Of a DNA stretch of 64,000 nt, positions 40,098-49,337 are shown one piece after another; the first letter of the stretch is position 1; each line of letters begins with the position of its first letter. The notes under the pieces are model-generated. The model had not been told where the DNA came from. It searched no databases and was given only the letters and a program-made list of their open reading frames with translations. Location: the NCBI GenBank assembly GCA_023387755.1, contig JAEWHO010000030.1, positions 3,802-67,801 on the forward strand. The letters run 5' to 3'. Source of the stretch: Actinomycetes bacterium (GTDB taxonomy: Bacteria; Actinomycetota; Actinomycetes; Actinomycetales; Actinomycetaceae). The position numbers were made by a program, and so were the translations under genes.

Positions 40098-41941
40098 TTC
40101 TGCTCATCCTCGTCCACGATCTCGGCGTCCACGACGTCCTCATCGCTCTGAGTCTGGCCAGCCTGCGCGCCTGCGGCGTCGGCCTGCTGGGCCTGGGAGT
40201 ACAGGGCCTCGCCGATCTTTTGAGCCTTCTCGGTCAGATCAGCCTGAGCGGACTTCACGGCCTCAATATCGCTGCCTTCCAGCGCGGTCTTGAGGGCGGC
40301 GACGGCGTCCTTGACCGGGGTGGCTACATCGGCGGGGATCTTATCCTCGTTATCCTTCAGCAGCTTCTCGGTGCCGTAGACCTGCTGTTCGGCGCTATTG
40401 CGCACGTCAGCTTCCTCGCGGCGCTGCTTATCCTCGGCCGCGTGGGCTTCGGCCTCCTTCACCATACGGTCGATCTCGTCCTTGGGCAGGCCCGATCCGC
40501 CGGTGATGGTCATGGACTGTTCCTTGCCGGTGCCGCGGTCCTTGGCGGAGACATGCACGATACCGTTGGCGTCAATATCGAAGGTCACCTCGATCTGCGG
40601 GACGCCGCGCGGGGCGGGCGCAATCCCGGTGAGGTCGAAGTTACCCAGCGGCTTATTGTCGCGCGCGAATTCACGCTCACCCTGGTACACCTGGATCAGC
40701 ACGGAGGGCTGGTTATCCTCGGCGGTGGAGAAGATCTCCGAGCGCTTGGTGGGGATGGCGGTGTTGCGGTCGATCAGCTTGGTCATGACGCCGCCCTTGG
40801 TTTCGATTCCGAGGGAGAGCGGGGTGACGTCGATCAGCAGCACGTCTTTGCGGTCACCCTTGATGACGCCGGCCTGCAGGGCAGCACCCACGGCCACAAC
40901 CTCATCGGGGTTCACGCTCTTATTGGGCTCCTTGCCGCCGGTCAGTTCCTTCACTACCTCGGTGACGGCCGGCATACGGGTGGAGCCACCAACGAGGACG
41001 ACGTGGTCGATCTCGTTCACGGAGATGCCGGCGTCCTTAATGACGGCCTCGAAGGGCTTCTTGGTGCGCTCGAGCAGATCCTTCGTCATCTCCTCGAAGT
41101 GGGCGCGGGTGAGCTTTTCTTCCAGGTGGATCGGGCCGCCTTCACCCATGGACAGGTAGTGCAGGGAGATATCCGCGCTCATCGCGGAGGACAGCTCCTT
41201 CTTTGCCTGCTCGGCGGCGTCCTTCAAGCGCTGTAGCGCGATCTTGTCCTTGGACAAGTCCACGCCTTCCTTGCTCTTGACTTGAGATACCAGCCAGTCC
41301 ACGATCTTCTGGTCCCAGTCATCGCCACCCAGCCGGTTGTCACCATTGGTGGCGCGTACCTGGATGGTGGAGAAATCGTCGTCGTCCTTCCCTACTTCCA
41401 GCAGGGAGACGTCGAAGGTGCCGCCACCGAGGTCGAATACCAGGATGAGTTCGTCTTCCTTGCCCTTTTCCAGGCCATAGGCGAGCGCTGCAGCGGTCGG
41501 TTCATTGACGATGCGCAGCACATTCAGGCCGGCGATCTGCCCGGCATCCTTGGTGGCCTGGCGTTCGGCGTCGTTGAAGTAGGCGGGGACGGTGATGACG
41601 GCATCAGTCACGGTATCGCCCAGGTAGGACTCGGCGTCCTGCTTCAGCTTGCTGAGGATACGCGCGGAGATTTCCTGCGCGGTGTACTTCTTATCATCAA
41701 CGCTAACGGTCCAGTCCGTGCCCATATGGCGCTTAACGGAGGAAATGGTGCGGTCCACGTTGGTGACTGCCTGCCGTTTAGCGATCTCCCCGACGAGTAC
41801 CTCACCGGATTTTGAGAATGCGACGACGGAGGGGGTGGTGCGAGCGCCTTCTGCGTTCGCGATGATGGTCGGTTCGCCACCCTCAAGGACGGCGATAGCG
41901 GAGTTCGTGGTGCCGAGGTCGATACCTACTGCACGTGCCAT
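40094..41941 (-). CDS. dnaK: Molecular chaperone DnaK (Hsp70)
   Basis: ATG 41941 gives [14 protein letters not shown] and is preceded by AAGGAG. Hsp70 signatures are present throughout. Confidence 0.97.
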   Translation of the reverse strand: MARAVGIDLGTTNSAIAVLEGGEPTIIANAEGARTTPSVVAFSKSGEVLVGEIAKRQAVTNVDRTISSVKRHMGTDWTVSVDDKKYTAQEISARILSKLKQDAESYLGDTVTDAVITVPAYFNDAERQATKDAGQIAGLNVLRIVNEPTAAALAYGLEKGKEDELILVFDLGGGTFDVSLLEVGKDDDDFSTIQVRATNGDNRLGGDDWDQKIVDWLVSQVKSKEGVDLSKDKIALQRLKDAAEQAKKELSSAMSADISLHYLSMGEGGPIHLEEKLTRAHFEEMTKDLLERTKKPFEAVIKDAGISVNEIDHVVLVGGSTRMPAVTEVVKELTGGKEPNKSVNPDEVVAVGAALQAGVIKGDRKDVLLIDVTPLSLGIETKGGVMTKLIDRNTAIPTKRSEIFSTAEDNQPSVLIQVYQGEREFARDNKPLGNFDLTGIAPAPRGVPQIEVTFDIDANGIVHVSAKDRGTGKEQSMTITGGSGLPKDEIDRMVKEAEAHAAEDKQRREEADVRNSAEQQVYGTEKLLKDNEDKIPADVATPVKDAVAALKTALEGSDIEAVKSAQADLTEKAQKIGEALYSQAQQADAAGAQAGQTQSDEDVVDAEIVDEDEQK

Positions 41942-41962
41942 AGTTGTGGTCTCCTTAGATAG

Positions 41963-41982
41963 TTGAGTCTGCTGCACTCAAG
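41963..41982. promoter_or_regulatory. HAIR operator 1 upstream of dnaK
   Basis: TTGAGT-ctgctgc-ACTCAAG is a near-perfect match to CTTGAGT-N7-ACTCAAG. It lies 22-41 nt upstream of the dnaK ATG. Confidence 0.7.
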
Positions 41983-42025
41983 CTTTCCACGCTTGGCCGT
42001 AATGTCAAACTGGCCGACGCGGAAG

Positions 42026-42045
42026 TTGAGTCTACTAGGCTCAAC
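42026..42045. promoter_or_regulatory. HAIR operator 2 (imperfect) upstream of dnaK
   Basis: The sequence is TTGAGT-ctactag-GCTCAAC. It lies about 63 nt upstream of operator 1. Confidence 0.5.
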
Positions 42046-42168
42046 ATCTTCACCCCTCCCCTTATTCCCAGCACCCTCCCGCCGCCCTGTTTACTGCATC
42101 ACAGTCGCGGTAATACGCGGCTCACCCCCGGATCCCGCCCGCGAACGCCAACGCATTAGGCTGTAGCT

Positions 42169-43221
42169 ATGACTTCCCCGTGCGGCCGCTACGCCCCCTC
42201 CCCTTCCGGGAGGCTCCATATCGGCAATCTACGCACCGCCCTTATCGCCTGGGCACTCGCCACGAATTCCGGCCGTAACTTCGCCATCCGAGTGGAGGAT
42301 ATTGACCGCGTCAAGGCCGGAGCCGCCGAGGGGCAACTCGAGGATCTGGCTGCCCTTGGAATCACCTGGCACGAGCCAGTCCTCTTTCAATCCACCCGCC
42401 ACACCGCCCACGTGGAGGCGCTGCATGCCTTGACCGCCGCCGGGCGCACCTACGAATGCTATTGCTCTCGTAAAGATATCCAGGCCGCCCCGCGCGCCCC
42501 CCACACCCCGCCTGGAGCCTATCCGGGCACCTGCCGCAATCTGACCGAAGCCGAGCGAACTGCCGCCCGCGAGCGCCTGGCCGCCGCTGGGCGCAAGCCG
42601 TCAATCCGTTTGCGCGCCGATGTGGATACCTTCACCGTCCGCGAGCAGATCGCGGGTTTTTCCGACGACGCCGCCCGCACCCTCTCTGCCGACTCGCGAA
42701 CGCCCGCCGAATCGCGAACACGGGCCGACTCGCGGACACCGCCCAAATCGCGAACACGGGCCGACTCGCGGACACCGGCCGACCACACGCTGTTCACCGG
42801 CGCTGTGGACGACTTCGTGTTACGCCGCGGAGACGGCGTGCTTGCCTACAACCTGGTCGCCGTCGTCGACGATGCTTATCAGGGGGTGGATCAGGTATGC
42901 CGAGCCGATGACCTACTCACATCAGCCCCCCGGCAGGCCTATCTCGCGCACCTGCTCGGCTTACCCGAACCCACCTACGCACACGTGCCGCTGGTGGTCA
43001 ATGCCGAGGGTGCGCGGCTGGCTAAGCGGGATGGCGCGGTCACATTGCCGCAGCTGCGTGCACTCGGGTGGAGTATCGCCGACGTCGTAGCCTGGTGCGC
43101 GCGCTCACTCGGGCTCCCTGTGGTGTACACGGCCGCTGACTTTGCCAGCGAATGCACTCTGGCGGCTCTTCGCCAGGCTGGCGGACCGCATGTTTTTGCC
43201 GCTGCTGCCCCCACCGAGTAG
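42169..43221 (+). CDS. gluQ: Glutamyl-Q tRNA(Asp) synthetase with internal repeat insertion
   Basis: It has the class I signature [22 protein letters not shown] (HIGH-like) and [21 protein letters not shown]. It has no anticodon-binding domain, which is the GluQRS architecture. Confidence 0.85.
   Translation: MTSPCGRYAPSPSGRLHIGNLRTALIAWALATNSGRNFAIRVEDIDRVKAGAAEGQLEDLAALGITWHEPVLFQSTRHTAHVEALHALTAAGRTYECYCSRKDIQAAPRAPHTPPGAYPGTCRNLTEAERTAARERLAAAGRKPSIRLRADVDTFTVREQIAGFSDDAARTLSADSRTPAESRTRADSRTPPKSRTRADSRTPADHTLFTGAVDDFVLRRGDGVLAYNLVAVVDDAYQGVDQVCRADDLLTSAPRQAYLAHLLGLPEPTYAHVPLVVNAEGARLAKRDGAVTLPQLRALGWSIADVVAWCARSLGLPVVYTAADFASECTLAALRQAGGPHVFAAAAPTE
42689..42784 (+). repeat. In-frame 36-bp tandem repeat (about 2.7 copies) inside gluQ
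   Basis: The units gccgactcgcgaacgcccgccgaatcgcgaacacgg, gccgactcgcggacaccgcccaaatcgcgaacacgg and a partial third unit encode [12 protein letters not shown] / [12 protein letters not shown] / ADSRTPAD. Confidence 0.85.
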
Positions 43222-43263
43222 GCGCGCACCCTGCCGGCCGTTCCTTATATGTAGTAGCTCAAC

Positions 43264-43834
43264 GTGAGTTCAACTCCAGCCGCCGCGAGCACTACCGCTG
43301 CCCTGGTGGCGCACCACCGGCGGGTGGTGCGCCGGCGGTGGCTCATCATCGCCGCCCTGTTCACTCTGGCTGTACTCGCATTCGTTGTCTCCACGATGGT
43401 GGGCGCGATTACGATTCCATTCGGCCAGGTGCTGCGCGGGCTGGTCAACCCCAACAGCCTCGATGACCAGACCGCCACGGTGCTGTACTCCCTGCGCCTT
43501 CCCATGGCCGCGGCCGCCATTACCACCGGGGCATCGCTGTGGCGTGGCGTAAGTGCAGAGACGATGATCTCTACTGGGGATCGGCCTGGTTTTCCTTTTT
43601 CAAGCTCTGCTCGCCCTCATCCAATACCGCGCCTCCACCGAGGCCCTCAGTCAGATCGTGTTCTGGTCGATGGGGTCCCTCACTCGCGCCACATGGATTG
43701 GCAATGCGATCCTGGCCGCTATCCTGGTGCTGGCGTTACCGATCTTTGCCGCCATCTCCTGGCAGATGACGGCCCTCGTGGGCGTACCCTTCTTCCTCTT
43801 CATCATCCTGACTAAGCGGAGGGCACAATGGTAG
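43264..43834 (+). pseudogene. Degraded FecCD/BtuC-family iron-siderophore ABC permease
   Basis: The N-terminal about 95 aa are in one frame (..ITIPFGQVLRGL..LYSLRLPMAAAAITTGASL). The frame is then lost. A second frame (43568 onward) reads LLGIGLVFLFQALLALIQY..IVFWSMGSL..ISWQMTAL and joins directly to the extreme C-terminus VGVPFFLFIILTKRR. Only about 190 of the expected about 330 aa remain. Confidence 0.75.
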
Positions 43835-44589
43835 AGGTAGCGCTGCACATCAAGAACGCACATATCGGCTACGGGGCCGCGGCGGTTCTGCGAGACCTCA
43901 CCCTTCCCCCGCTGAGCGGCGGGCGCGTCGTCGGGCTACTCGGCCCTAACGCCTCCGGTAAATCCACGCTCATCCGCACTATCACCGGCATCCACCCGTT
44001 GCAGTCCGGCGAGGTGAGTTTAGAGCTCGACGGCGTCACGTGTGGCCCGGCTGAGCGACGTAAAGCATGCGGGTACGTGCCCCAGGATTTACCGACGACG
44101 GCGAGCCTGACAGCCTTCGAAACAGCCTTGGTGGCTGCCCGCAGGCAGTGCGCCACCCCCGTCGAACGCACCGCCGAGGTATTCCACGAGCTGCAAATCG
44201 ACCATATCGCCCACCGCTATCTGGGTGAGCTTTCGGGCGGGCAATGCCAGCTGGTAGGAGCCGCCCAGATGCTGGTGGGCCAGGCCGCCGTCATGCTGCT
44301 CGACGAACCCACATCGGCTCTGGATCTACACCACCAGTTATTCCTCCTCCAGCACCTGCGCGAGCGCGCATTGCGGGAAGGCAGTCTGGTAATCGTAGCC
44401 CTACACGACGTGAACCTCGCAACCCGCTTCTGTGACACTCTGCTGCTGTTACATAACGGTCAGCTGCATAACAGTGGCACCCCGGCTGAGGTTGTGCAGC
44501 CGGAGGTGACCCGGCAGGTCTATCGGGTGGAGGCAGAGATCGTGGACTATCACGGCATGCCGATTATGACGCCGCAGCACGCCTGCTAG
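43828..44589 (+). CDS. ABC transporter ATP-binding protein (FecE/FepC-like)
   Basis: It has Walker A GPNASGKST, signature LSGGQCQ and Walker B MLLDEPTSALD. Its ATG overlaps the end of the degraded permease frame. Confidence 0.85.
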   Translation: MVEVALHIKNAHIGYGAAAVLRDLTLPPLSGGRVVGLLGPNASGKSTLIRTITGIHPLQSGEVSLELDGVTCGPAERRKACGYVPQDLPTTASLTAFETALVAARRQCATPVERTAEVFHELQIDHIAHRYLGELSGGQCQLVGAAQMLVGQAAVMLLDEPTSALDLHHQLFLLQHLRERALREGSLVIVALHDVNLATRFCDTLLLLHNGQLHNSGTPAEVVQPEVTRQVYRVEAEIVDYHGMPIMTPQHAC

Positions 44590-44685
44590 CTACGGCTACC
44601 GGTCCTGCCCCTAAGGTCCCGCACGCCTGTTCTCGATCCTGAGCGCCCTCGCTGTACCACGGAAGTACCACATCACAGGATACGC

Positions 44686-44724
44686 AAAGCCCGGGATCAG
44701 ATTTCCTCTCTGATCCCGGGCTTT
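44686..44724. terminator. Hairpin terminator downstream of tRNA-Ser (and of the convergent ABC ATPase gene)
   Basis: It has a perfect 16-bp stem (aaagcccgggatcaga / tctgatcccgggcttt) with a 7-nt loop. The minus-strand RNA ends in UUUGCG. Confidence 0.65.
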
Positions 44725-44732
44725 CCACAACG

Positions 44733-44819
44733 CGGTAGCGGTGGGATTTGAACCCACGGTGGCTGTGACACCACACAGCATTTCGAGTGCTGCACCTTCG
44801 GCCGCTCGGACACGCTACC
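44733..44819 (-). tRNA. tRNA-Ser (anticodon CGA)
   Basis: The reverse complement reads GGTAGCG-TG-TCCGAGCGGCCGAAGGT-GCAGCACTCGAAATGCTG-(long variable arm TGTGGTGTCACAGCCACC)-GTGGGTTCAAATCCCAC-CGCTACC-G. The anticodon loop is CU-CGA-AA. The long variable arm is typical of Ser. CCA is not encoded. Confidence 0.85.
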
Positions 44820-44925
44820 TTTAACGCGCTAAGCGCGCCCTCTCATCTTAGCGACAGCCCCTAAAATGCTGCAAACCCCGGATAACGGACCGGGGTTTGC
44901 AACGGACCACAGTTCGGGTCAAAAA

Positions 44926-45705
44926 TTAGCCTGCGTATGGCGGCAGCTCTGGCAGAGACTGAGAGAGCCACGCGTCGCGCGGGTTGAGGCCAGCCCACGC
45001 ATGCTTCGCATTGGTGGTGCCAGAGATGCTGTACGTCGTCAGCAGGTCACTATTCATGATGAAGTTCATGTAGTAGCCGGGGCAGTCCGGGGTGAGGGGG
45101 GACCACGGCTCCGCCACAGTACCCAGGCCACGCAAGAGGGTAAGAGTCACGGGGAAGGACATCATCAGGGTGCCGTACACCTCGCGCTGCAGCGCATTCG
45201 GAAATACCTGGTACTGCATATTGGTCTGCAAAGTACCGGTGTAAACCAAGCCACCACCGATAACGAGCGGCCCGCTATTCGGGCGCACGGTCAAACGGCC
45301 ACTCCAGGTGTCGTGACCGGCAGCGTCCTTACGACCCATGGTCCACTGAGCCGGGGTGAGGAACTTGGCACCGCCGGTCTGCACCTTCTTCACGGTGCGC
45401 AGCACGACGCCGTCGGAGGCAAAGTTCATCTTGTAGCCGGTGACCTTGACAGTATTGCCGCTGTTATCAACGACCTGGGTTTGCGCTGTCTGCCAGGTAC
45501 CCAGACGCATATCGAAAGCGGAACCAAGGCCGCCAGCGGTCGCCTTATCAGTACCAACCACGCGGGTCCAGGAAATGACGTCCGCATTCTGGGTTCCAAA
45601 GCCGAGGGTATCTGCCGGTTGGCAAGAAACGATCGGCGAGGCTGCTAGCGCAGGGGCTGCCGAGGCTACCGCCACAGCAGGAACTGCCCATGCTGCACCT
45701 TTCAT
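44926..45705 (-). CDS. Secreted protein of unknown function, paralog 1 (KGAAWAVPAVAVA signal family)
   Basis: By eye, roughly half of the aligned positions are identical to the 46001-46816 product. Shared blocks are FDMRLGTWQT, GGAKF, WTMGxKDAAGxDTW, LMMSFPV, TTYSISGTT and KHAWAGxNPRDAW..LPELPxYxG. The only in-frame start is the ATG just after the RR codons. Confidence 0.6.
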   Translation of the reverse strand: MKGAAWAVPAVAVASAAPALAASPIVSCQPADTLGFGTQNADVISWTRVVGTDKATAGGLGSAFDMRLGTWQTAQTQVVDNSGNTVKVTGYKMNFASDGVVLRTVKKVQTGGAKFLTPAQWTMGRKDAAGHDTWSGRLTVRPNSGPLVIGGGLVYTGTLQTNMQYQVFPNALQREVYGTLMMSFPVTLTLLRGLGTVAEPWSPLTPDCPGYYMNFIMNSDLLTTYSISGTTNAKHAWAGLNPRDAWLSQSLPELPPYAG

Positions 45706-46000
45706 CAGGGTACGCCGGGAAGGATTAAAAGTTTCCTACATAGAGAACTCCATTGACTTAGGGGGGTTTAGCGAATCTACGGACCTAGAATCCTCTTTAG
45801 TGTCAACACAACTATAGACAGTTGACCAGCGCTTATCGTACATTTGTTGCCCATAACACCTTCTCATATGCTTAAACCGCTGTCTTTTCATTAAACCAGG
45901 CTGGGCGGGTGATTATGAGCGCACATATGTGCGGGTGCCCGCGCGCACAAGGGGACAGAAGGCGCGCGGGCACCAAGATTTAACAAGGCACGACCTGAAA

Positions 46001-46816
46001 CTAGCCAGTGTAGGCAGGCAGCTCCGGCAGGCCATCGGACATCCAGGCGTCGCGCGGATTGAAACCCGCCCACGCATGTTTGCCTGCAGTGGTACCAGAG
46101 ATGCTGTAGGTAGTGCCGAGACCGGAGTGGTAAATGAAGTTGATGTGGTAATTGCAATCAGTGGTGTATGTGATTGCAGGATCCAGGAAGTCCAGGAGAG
46201 TGATTTCAACCGGGAAAGACATCATGAGGGTCTTGTACGCTTCCCGGTCAGGGTGGCCAGCTACGATACCGCCGAGATAAGGCATATCAGTTTGCATGCT
46301 GGCGGTAAATACCAGGCCGGCCCCGATGGCAAGCGGGAGCGGGTTGTTTTCCCAAGTGAGGTTACCCTGCCAGGTGTCATTACCGGCAGCATCCTTGGGC
46401 CCCATGGTCCATTTAGCTGGGGACTTGAACTTAGCACCCCCAGAGGCAACCTTCGCGACCGACCGAATCGTCGCCGGCTTAAAACGCATGCGGTAACCGG
46501 AAACCTTCACGGGGTTACCATTGGCGTCAGCGAACACTCGGTTAGGCGTCTGCCAGGTGCCGAGGCGCATGTCGAAGAAGGACCCCTTGCGACCCGGAAC
46601 CCCCTTGGAATCCGAGGTTCCGACAGCACGCGTGAGGGAGAGAACATCAGCATTCTGATAACGGAAGCCGAGAGCATCGGCGCTTGGGCATGGAATTTTT
46701 ACGGGAGAAGCTGCCATAGCAGGGGTTGCAGTTGCAACTGCAACAGCGGGGACGGCCCAAGCGGCCCCCTTCATCAAAGAACGCCGCGAGGGAGATAACG
46801 GTTGCTTATCGGTCAT
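46001..46816 (-). CDS. Secreted protein of unknown function, paralog 2, with twin-arginine signal peptide
   Basis: ATG 46816 is preceded by GGAG. The signal is MTDKQPLSPSRRSLMKGAAWAVPAVAVATATPAMAAS. The C-terminus is shared with paralog 1. Confidence 0.65.
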   Translation of the reverse strand: MTDKQPLSPSRRSLMKGAAWAVPAVAVATATPAMAASPVKIPCPSADALGFRYQNADVLSLTRAVGTSDSKGVPGRKGSFFDMRLGTWQTPNRVFADANGNPVKVSGYRMRFKPATIRSVAKVASGGAKFKSPAKWTMGPKDAAGNDTWQGNLTWENNPLPLAIGAGLVFTASMQTDMPYLGGIVAGHPDREAYKTLMMSFPVEITLLDFLDPAITYTTDCNYHINFIYHSGLGTTYSISGTTAGKHAWAGFNPRDAWMSDGLPELPAYTG

Positions 46817-47092
46817 ATGACACTCCGAGTGAAAGGTGCGTGCATGACGCACAAGACTTTAGGACACCTTTATCATAAGCATAACCCGTCATACTTTATT
46901 CGAGACTTACAACATAATTATGATGCTACTGTCGAAGAAAGGCGTTAACTACGACGTTTGCCGACAATCATCGTGTAACTCGTGACAATTGTCGCAGGCT
47001 TGCCTTTTGAGAATCGAATGCGCAAAACATAGAGATAGCTTACAATGCACACCTATACTAATTCTTATAGCGTACAGGCTTGTTCTCAGTGT

Positions 47093-47611
47093 TTAATCTC
47101 GCACAAAACGCGAGCGCATAAGGTGCGCGGCTTCCCGCCCACACACTCCGGCGATGACGTCCACCCGGTGATTAAGTCGCGTGTCCCGCACTAGATCGCG
47201 CACCGACCCGCACGCCCCCGTTTTTGCTTCCCACGCCCCAAAGACCACCCGATCTACCCGTGCCAGAACCGCCGCCCCGGCGCACATCGCACATGGCTCC
47301 ACCGTGACCACCAGCGTGCAGCCGTGCAGGCGCCATTGCCCACGCGCCTGACCGGCCGCCCGCAGTGCCAAAACCTCCGCGTGGGCGGTCGGGTCTGCCA
47401 GTTCCTCGCGGGCGTTAGCGGCTTCGGCCAGGACGCTGCCGGCGTCGTCGATAATCACTGCCCCAATGGGGATCTCACCGCACTCCCCCGCCGCCTTACC
47501 CAGGGCGAGGGCGCGGCGCATAGGCCACTCCCACCGGTCACGTTCGAACAGCGGCGGTGGCGGCGGCACAATGAACTCACCCTCACCGGCGGTAGCACTG
47601 TTATAACCCAC
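47093..47611 (-). CDS. tadA: tRNA-specific adenosine deaminase
   Basis: It has the CDA-fold zinc motifs HAEVLALR and PCAMCAGA. The true start may be the internal MRRALALG. Confidence 0.85.
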   Translation of the reverse strand: MGYNSATAGEGEFIVPPPPPLFERDRWEWPMRRALALGKAAGECGEIPIGAVIIDDAGSVLAEAANAREELADPTAHAEVLALRAAGQARGQWRLHGCTLVVTVEPCAMCAGAAVLARVDRVVFGAWEAKTGACGSVRDLVRDTRLNHRVDVIAGVCGREAAHLMRSRFVRD

Positions 47612-47633
47612 CCCTTAACGGTAGCGTGGAGGT

Positions 47634-48272
47634 ATGCAGCTACACGTCGTGGATCACCCGCTTATCGCCCATAAACTCACCGTCCTTCGTAAAAAAGACA
47701 CCCCATCGGCCACCTTCCGGCTCCTGGTTGATGAGCTCGTCACCCTACTCGCCTATGAGGCCACACGGGACGTTGCCACCACCACCGTGGACATCGAAAC
47801 CCCGGTGGCCACTACCACCGGCACACACCTGTCTACCCCGCGGCCGATTGTGGTGCCGATTCTGCGGGCCGGGCTGGGAATGCTCGACGGGATGACCCGC
47901 CTGCTGCCCACCGCCGAAGTGGGCTTCTTGGGTATGAAACGCGATGATGAAACCCTGCGCGTGGAAACCTATGCTAACCGCCTGCCCGATGACCTCTCCG
48001 GCCGTCAGTGCTACGTACTCGATCCGATGCTCGCGACCGGGCACACCCTTATTGCCGCGATTAACTATCTGCTGGAGCGCGGGGCCCGTGACGTCACCTG
48101 CCTGTGTCTATTGGCGGCACCCGAGGGCTTGGAGGCACTGAAACAAGAGATCGGCACCCGCGCTGAGGTCACCATCGTGACGGCCGCCGTCGACGAACGC
48201 CTCAATGAGCAGGCCTATATTGTGCCGGGCCTGGGTGACGCTGGTGACCGCCTCTACGGGATCGTTGACTAG
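47634..48272 (+). CDS. upp: Uracil phosphoribosyltransferase
   Basis: It starts [16 protein letters not shown] and has the PRPP loop [11 protein letters not shown] and a C-terminal [12 protein letters not shown]. Confidence 0.95.
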   Translation: MQLHVVDHPLIAHKLTVLRKKDTPSATFRLLVDELVTLLAYEATRDVATTTVDIETPVATTTGTHLSTPRPIVVPILRAGLGMLDGMTRLLPTAEVGFLGMKRDDETLRVETYANRLPDDLSGRQCYVLDPMLATGHTLIAAINYLLERGARDVTCLCLLAAPEGLEALKQEIGTRAEVTIVTAAVDERLNEQAYIVPGLGDAGDRLYGIVD

Positions 48273-48305
48273 GCGCTAGACTCCCGGATTTTCCCGACGA
48301 CGACG

Positions 48306-48335
48306 CTCGCCCGCCGCGCTGACGCGCGGCGGGCG
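48306..48335. terminator. Bidirectional GC hairpin between convergent upp and metQ
   Basis: It has a 13-bp stem (ctcgcccgccgcg / cgcggcgggcgag) with a 4-nt loop. There is no U-tract. Confidence 0.5.
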
Positions 48336-48407
48336 AGACTCATCCAACCAGAAAACTATCCGGTCACGGTATGACGGCTAATCGAGCTGTGAAAGGCAGC
48401 CAAACCG

Positions 48408-49271
48408 TTACTTGAAGGCCGGGATAACTTCACCATTGGGCCACTTCTGTTTGATGAACTCGGCAACCTGCGAGGAGTGGAGCAGTTCATCGAGCTTTTG
48501 GAGCGCCTCCTTCTTATCCGTATCGGTGCGGTAGGCAACCACATTCGCATACGGATTGTTCTCTCCGCTCTCCAACACGATGGCATCCTCGGCTGGTTTC
48601 AAACCGGCCTCCAGCGCAAAGTTGCCGTTAATAATGGCGGCATCAACATCGGGCAGCAGACGCGGCAGGGCGGCGGCTTCAGATTCGACGAACTCGATAT
48701 TCTTCGGGTTGGCTTCCGTATTGCCCTGGTAGTCGAGGATGGAAGCGTCCTCTTTATTGGCGTCTTTCAGCACGCCCTCTTTGACCAACAGTTGCAGGGC
48801 GCGGGCCTGGTTGGAGGGGTCATTGGAAATACCCACTTTGGCCCCATCAGCCAGTTCAGCAATATCCTTGATCTTTTCGGAATACACCCCATACGGTTCA
48901 ATATGGACGCCGTCGAAATGCTCGAACTGGTACCCCTTTTCCGCCACCTCGGCTTCGAAATAGGGCACGTGCTGGAAGAAGTTAGCGTCCAGCTCCCCTT
49001 CGGATAGCGCCACATTCGGCTGCACATAGTCGGTGTACTCGACGATCTTTAAATCCAGCCCCGCATCCTTAGCAAGATTATCCTGGACGAACTGCAGGAT
49101 ATCTCCGTGCGGCACGGGGCTCGCCCCGATGGTGAGGGTAGTGGCGCCATCGGCATTCGCGGAGGAAGCGGTTGCGCCGGCGTCGTCGCCCTTATTTCCC
49201 GAACAGGCGGCGAGGGAGGCGAGGCAGACGGTGGACGCAATAGCAATGGCGCGGCGGATAAACGTTGACAT
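48408..49271 (-). CDS. metQ: Methionine ABC transporter substrate-binding lipoprotein (NlpA/MetQ family)
   Basis: It has the lipobox LAACSG and MetQ/NlpA family blocks (GASPVPHGDIL, NFFQH). It is the last gene of the metNIQ operon. Confidence 0.9.
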   Translation of the reverse strand: MSTFIRRAIAIASTVCLASLAACSGNKGDDAGATASSANADGATTLTIGASPVPHGDILQFVQDNLAKDAGLDLKIVEYTDYVQPNVALSEGELDANFFQHVPYFEAEVAEKGYQFEHFDGVHIEPYGVYSEKIKDIAELADGAKVGISNDPSNQARALQLLVKEGVLKDANKEDASILDYQGNTEANPKNIEFVESEAAALPRLLPDVDAAIINGNFALEAGLKPAEDAIVLESGENNPYANVVAYRTDTDKKEALQKLDELLHSSQVAEFIKQKWPNGEVIPAFK

Positions 49272-49337
49272 GATGATAGGTCCTTTCCAGAAGAATAATG
49301 GAGTGCTGGGGTGGAGGGTGCCCCGGTTAGCGGTTCC

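Noticed and set aside
39887-41236. A 449-aa ORF on the plus strand.
   Set aside because: It is antisense to grpE and dnaK. It has low-complexity Leu/Gly/Arg/Ala composition and no SD or start context.
43539-43769. A 76-aa ORF and the 183-aa ORF 43264-43815 considered as real genes.
   Set aside because: They are frame fragments of the degraded FecCD-type permease. Only parts of each frame resemble the family, and the rest is out-of-frame read-through.
44733-47092. A possible genomic island integrated at tRNA-Ser that carries the two paralogs.
   Set aside because: There is no integrase, transposase or phage gene. I could find no direct repeat of the tRNA 3' end. The paralogs lie on the 5' side of the tRNA, not at its 3' end where integrative elements insert.
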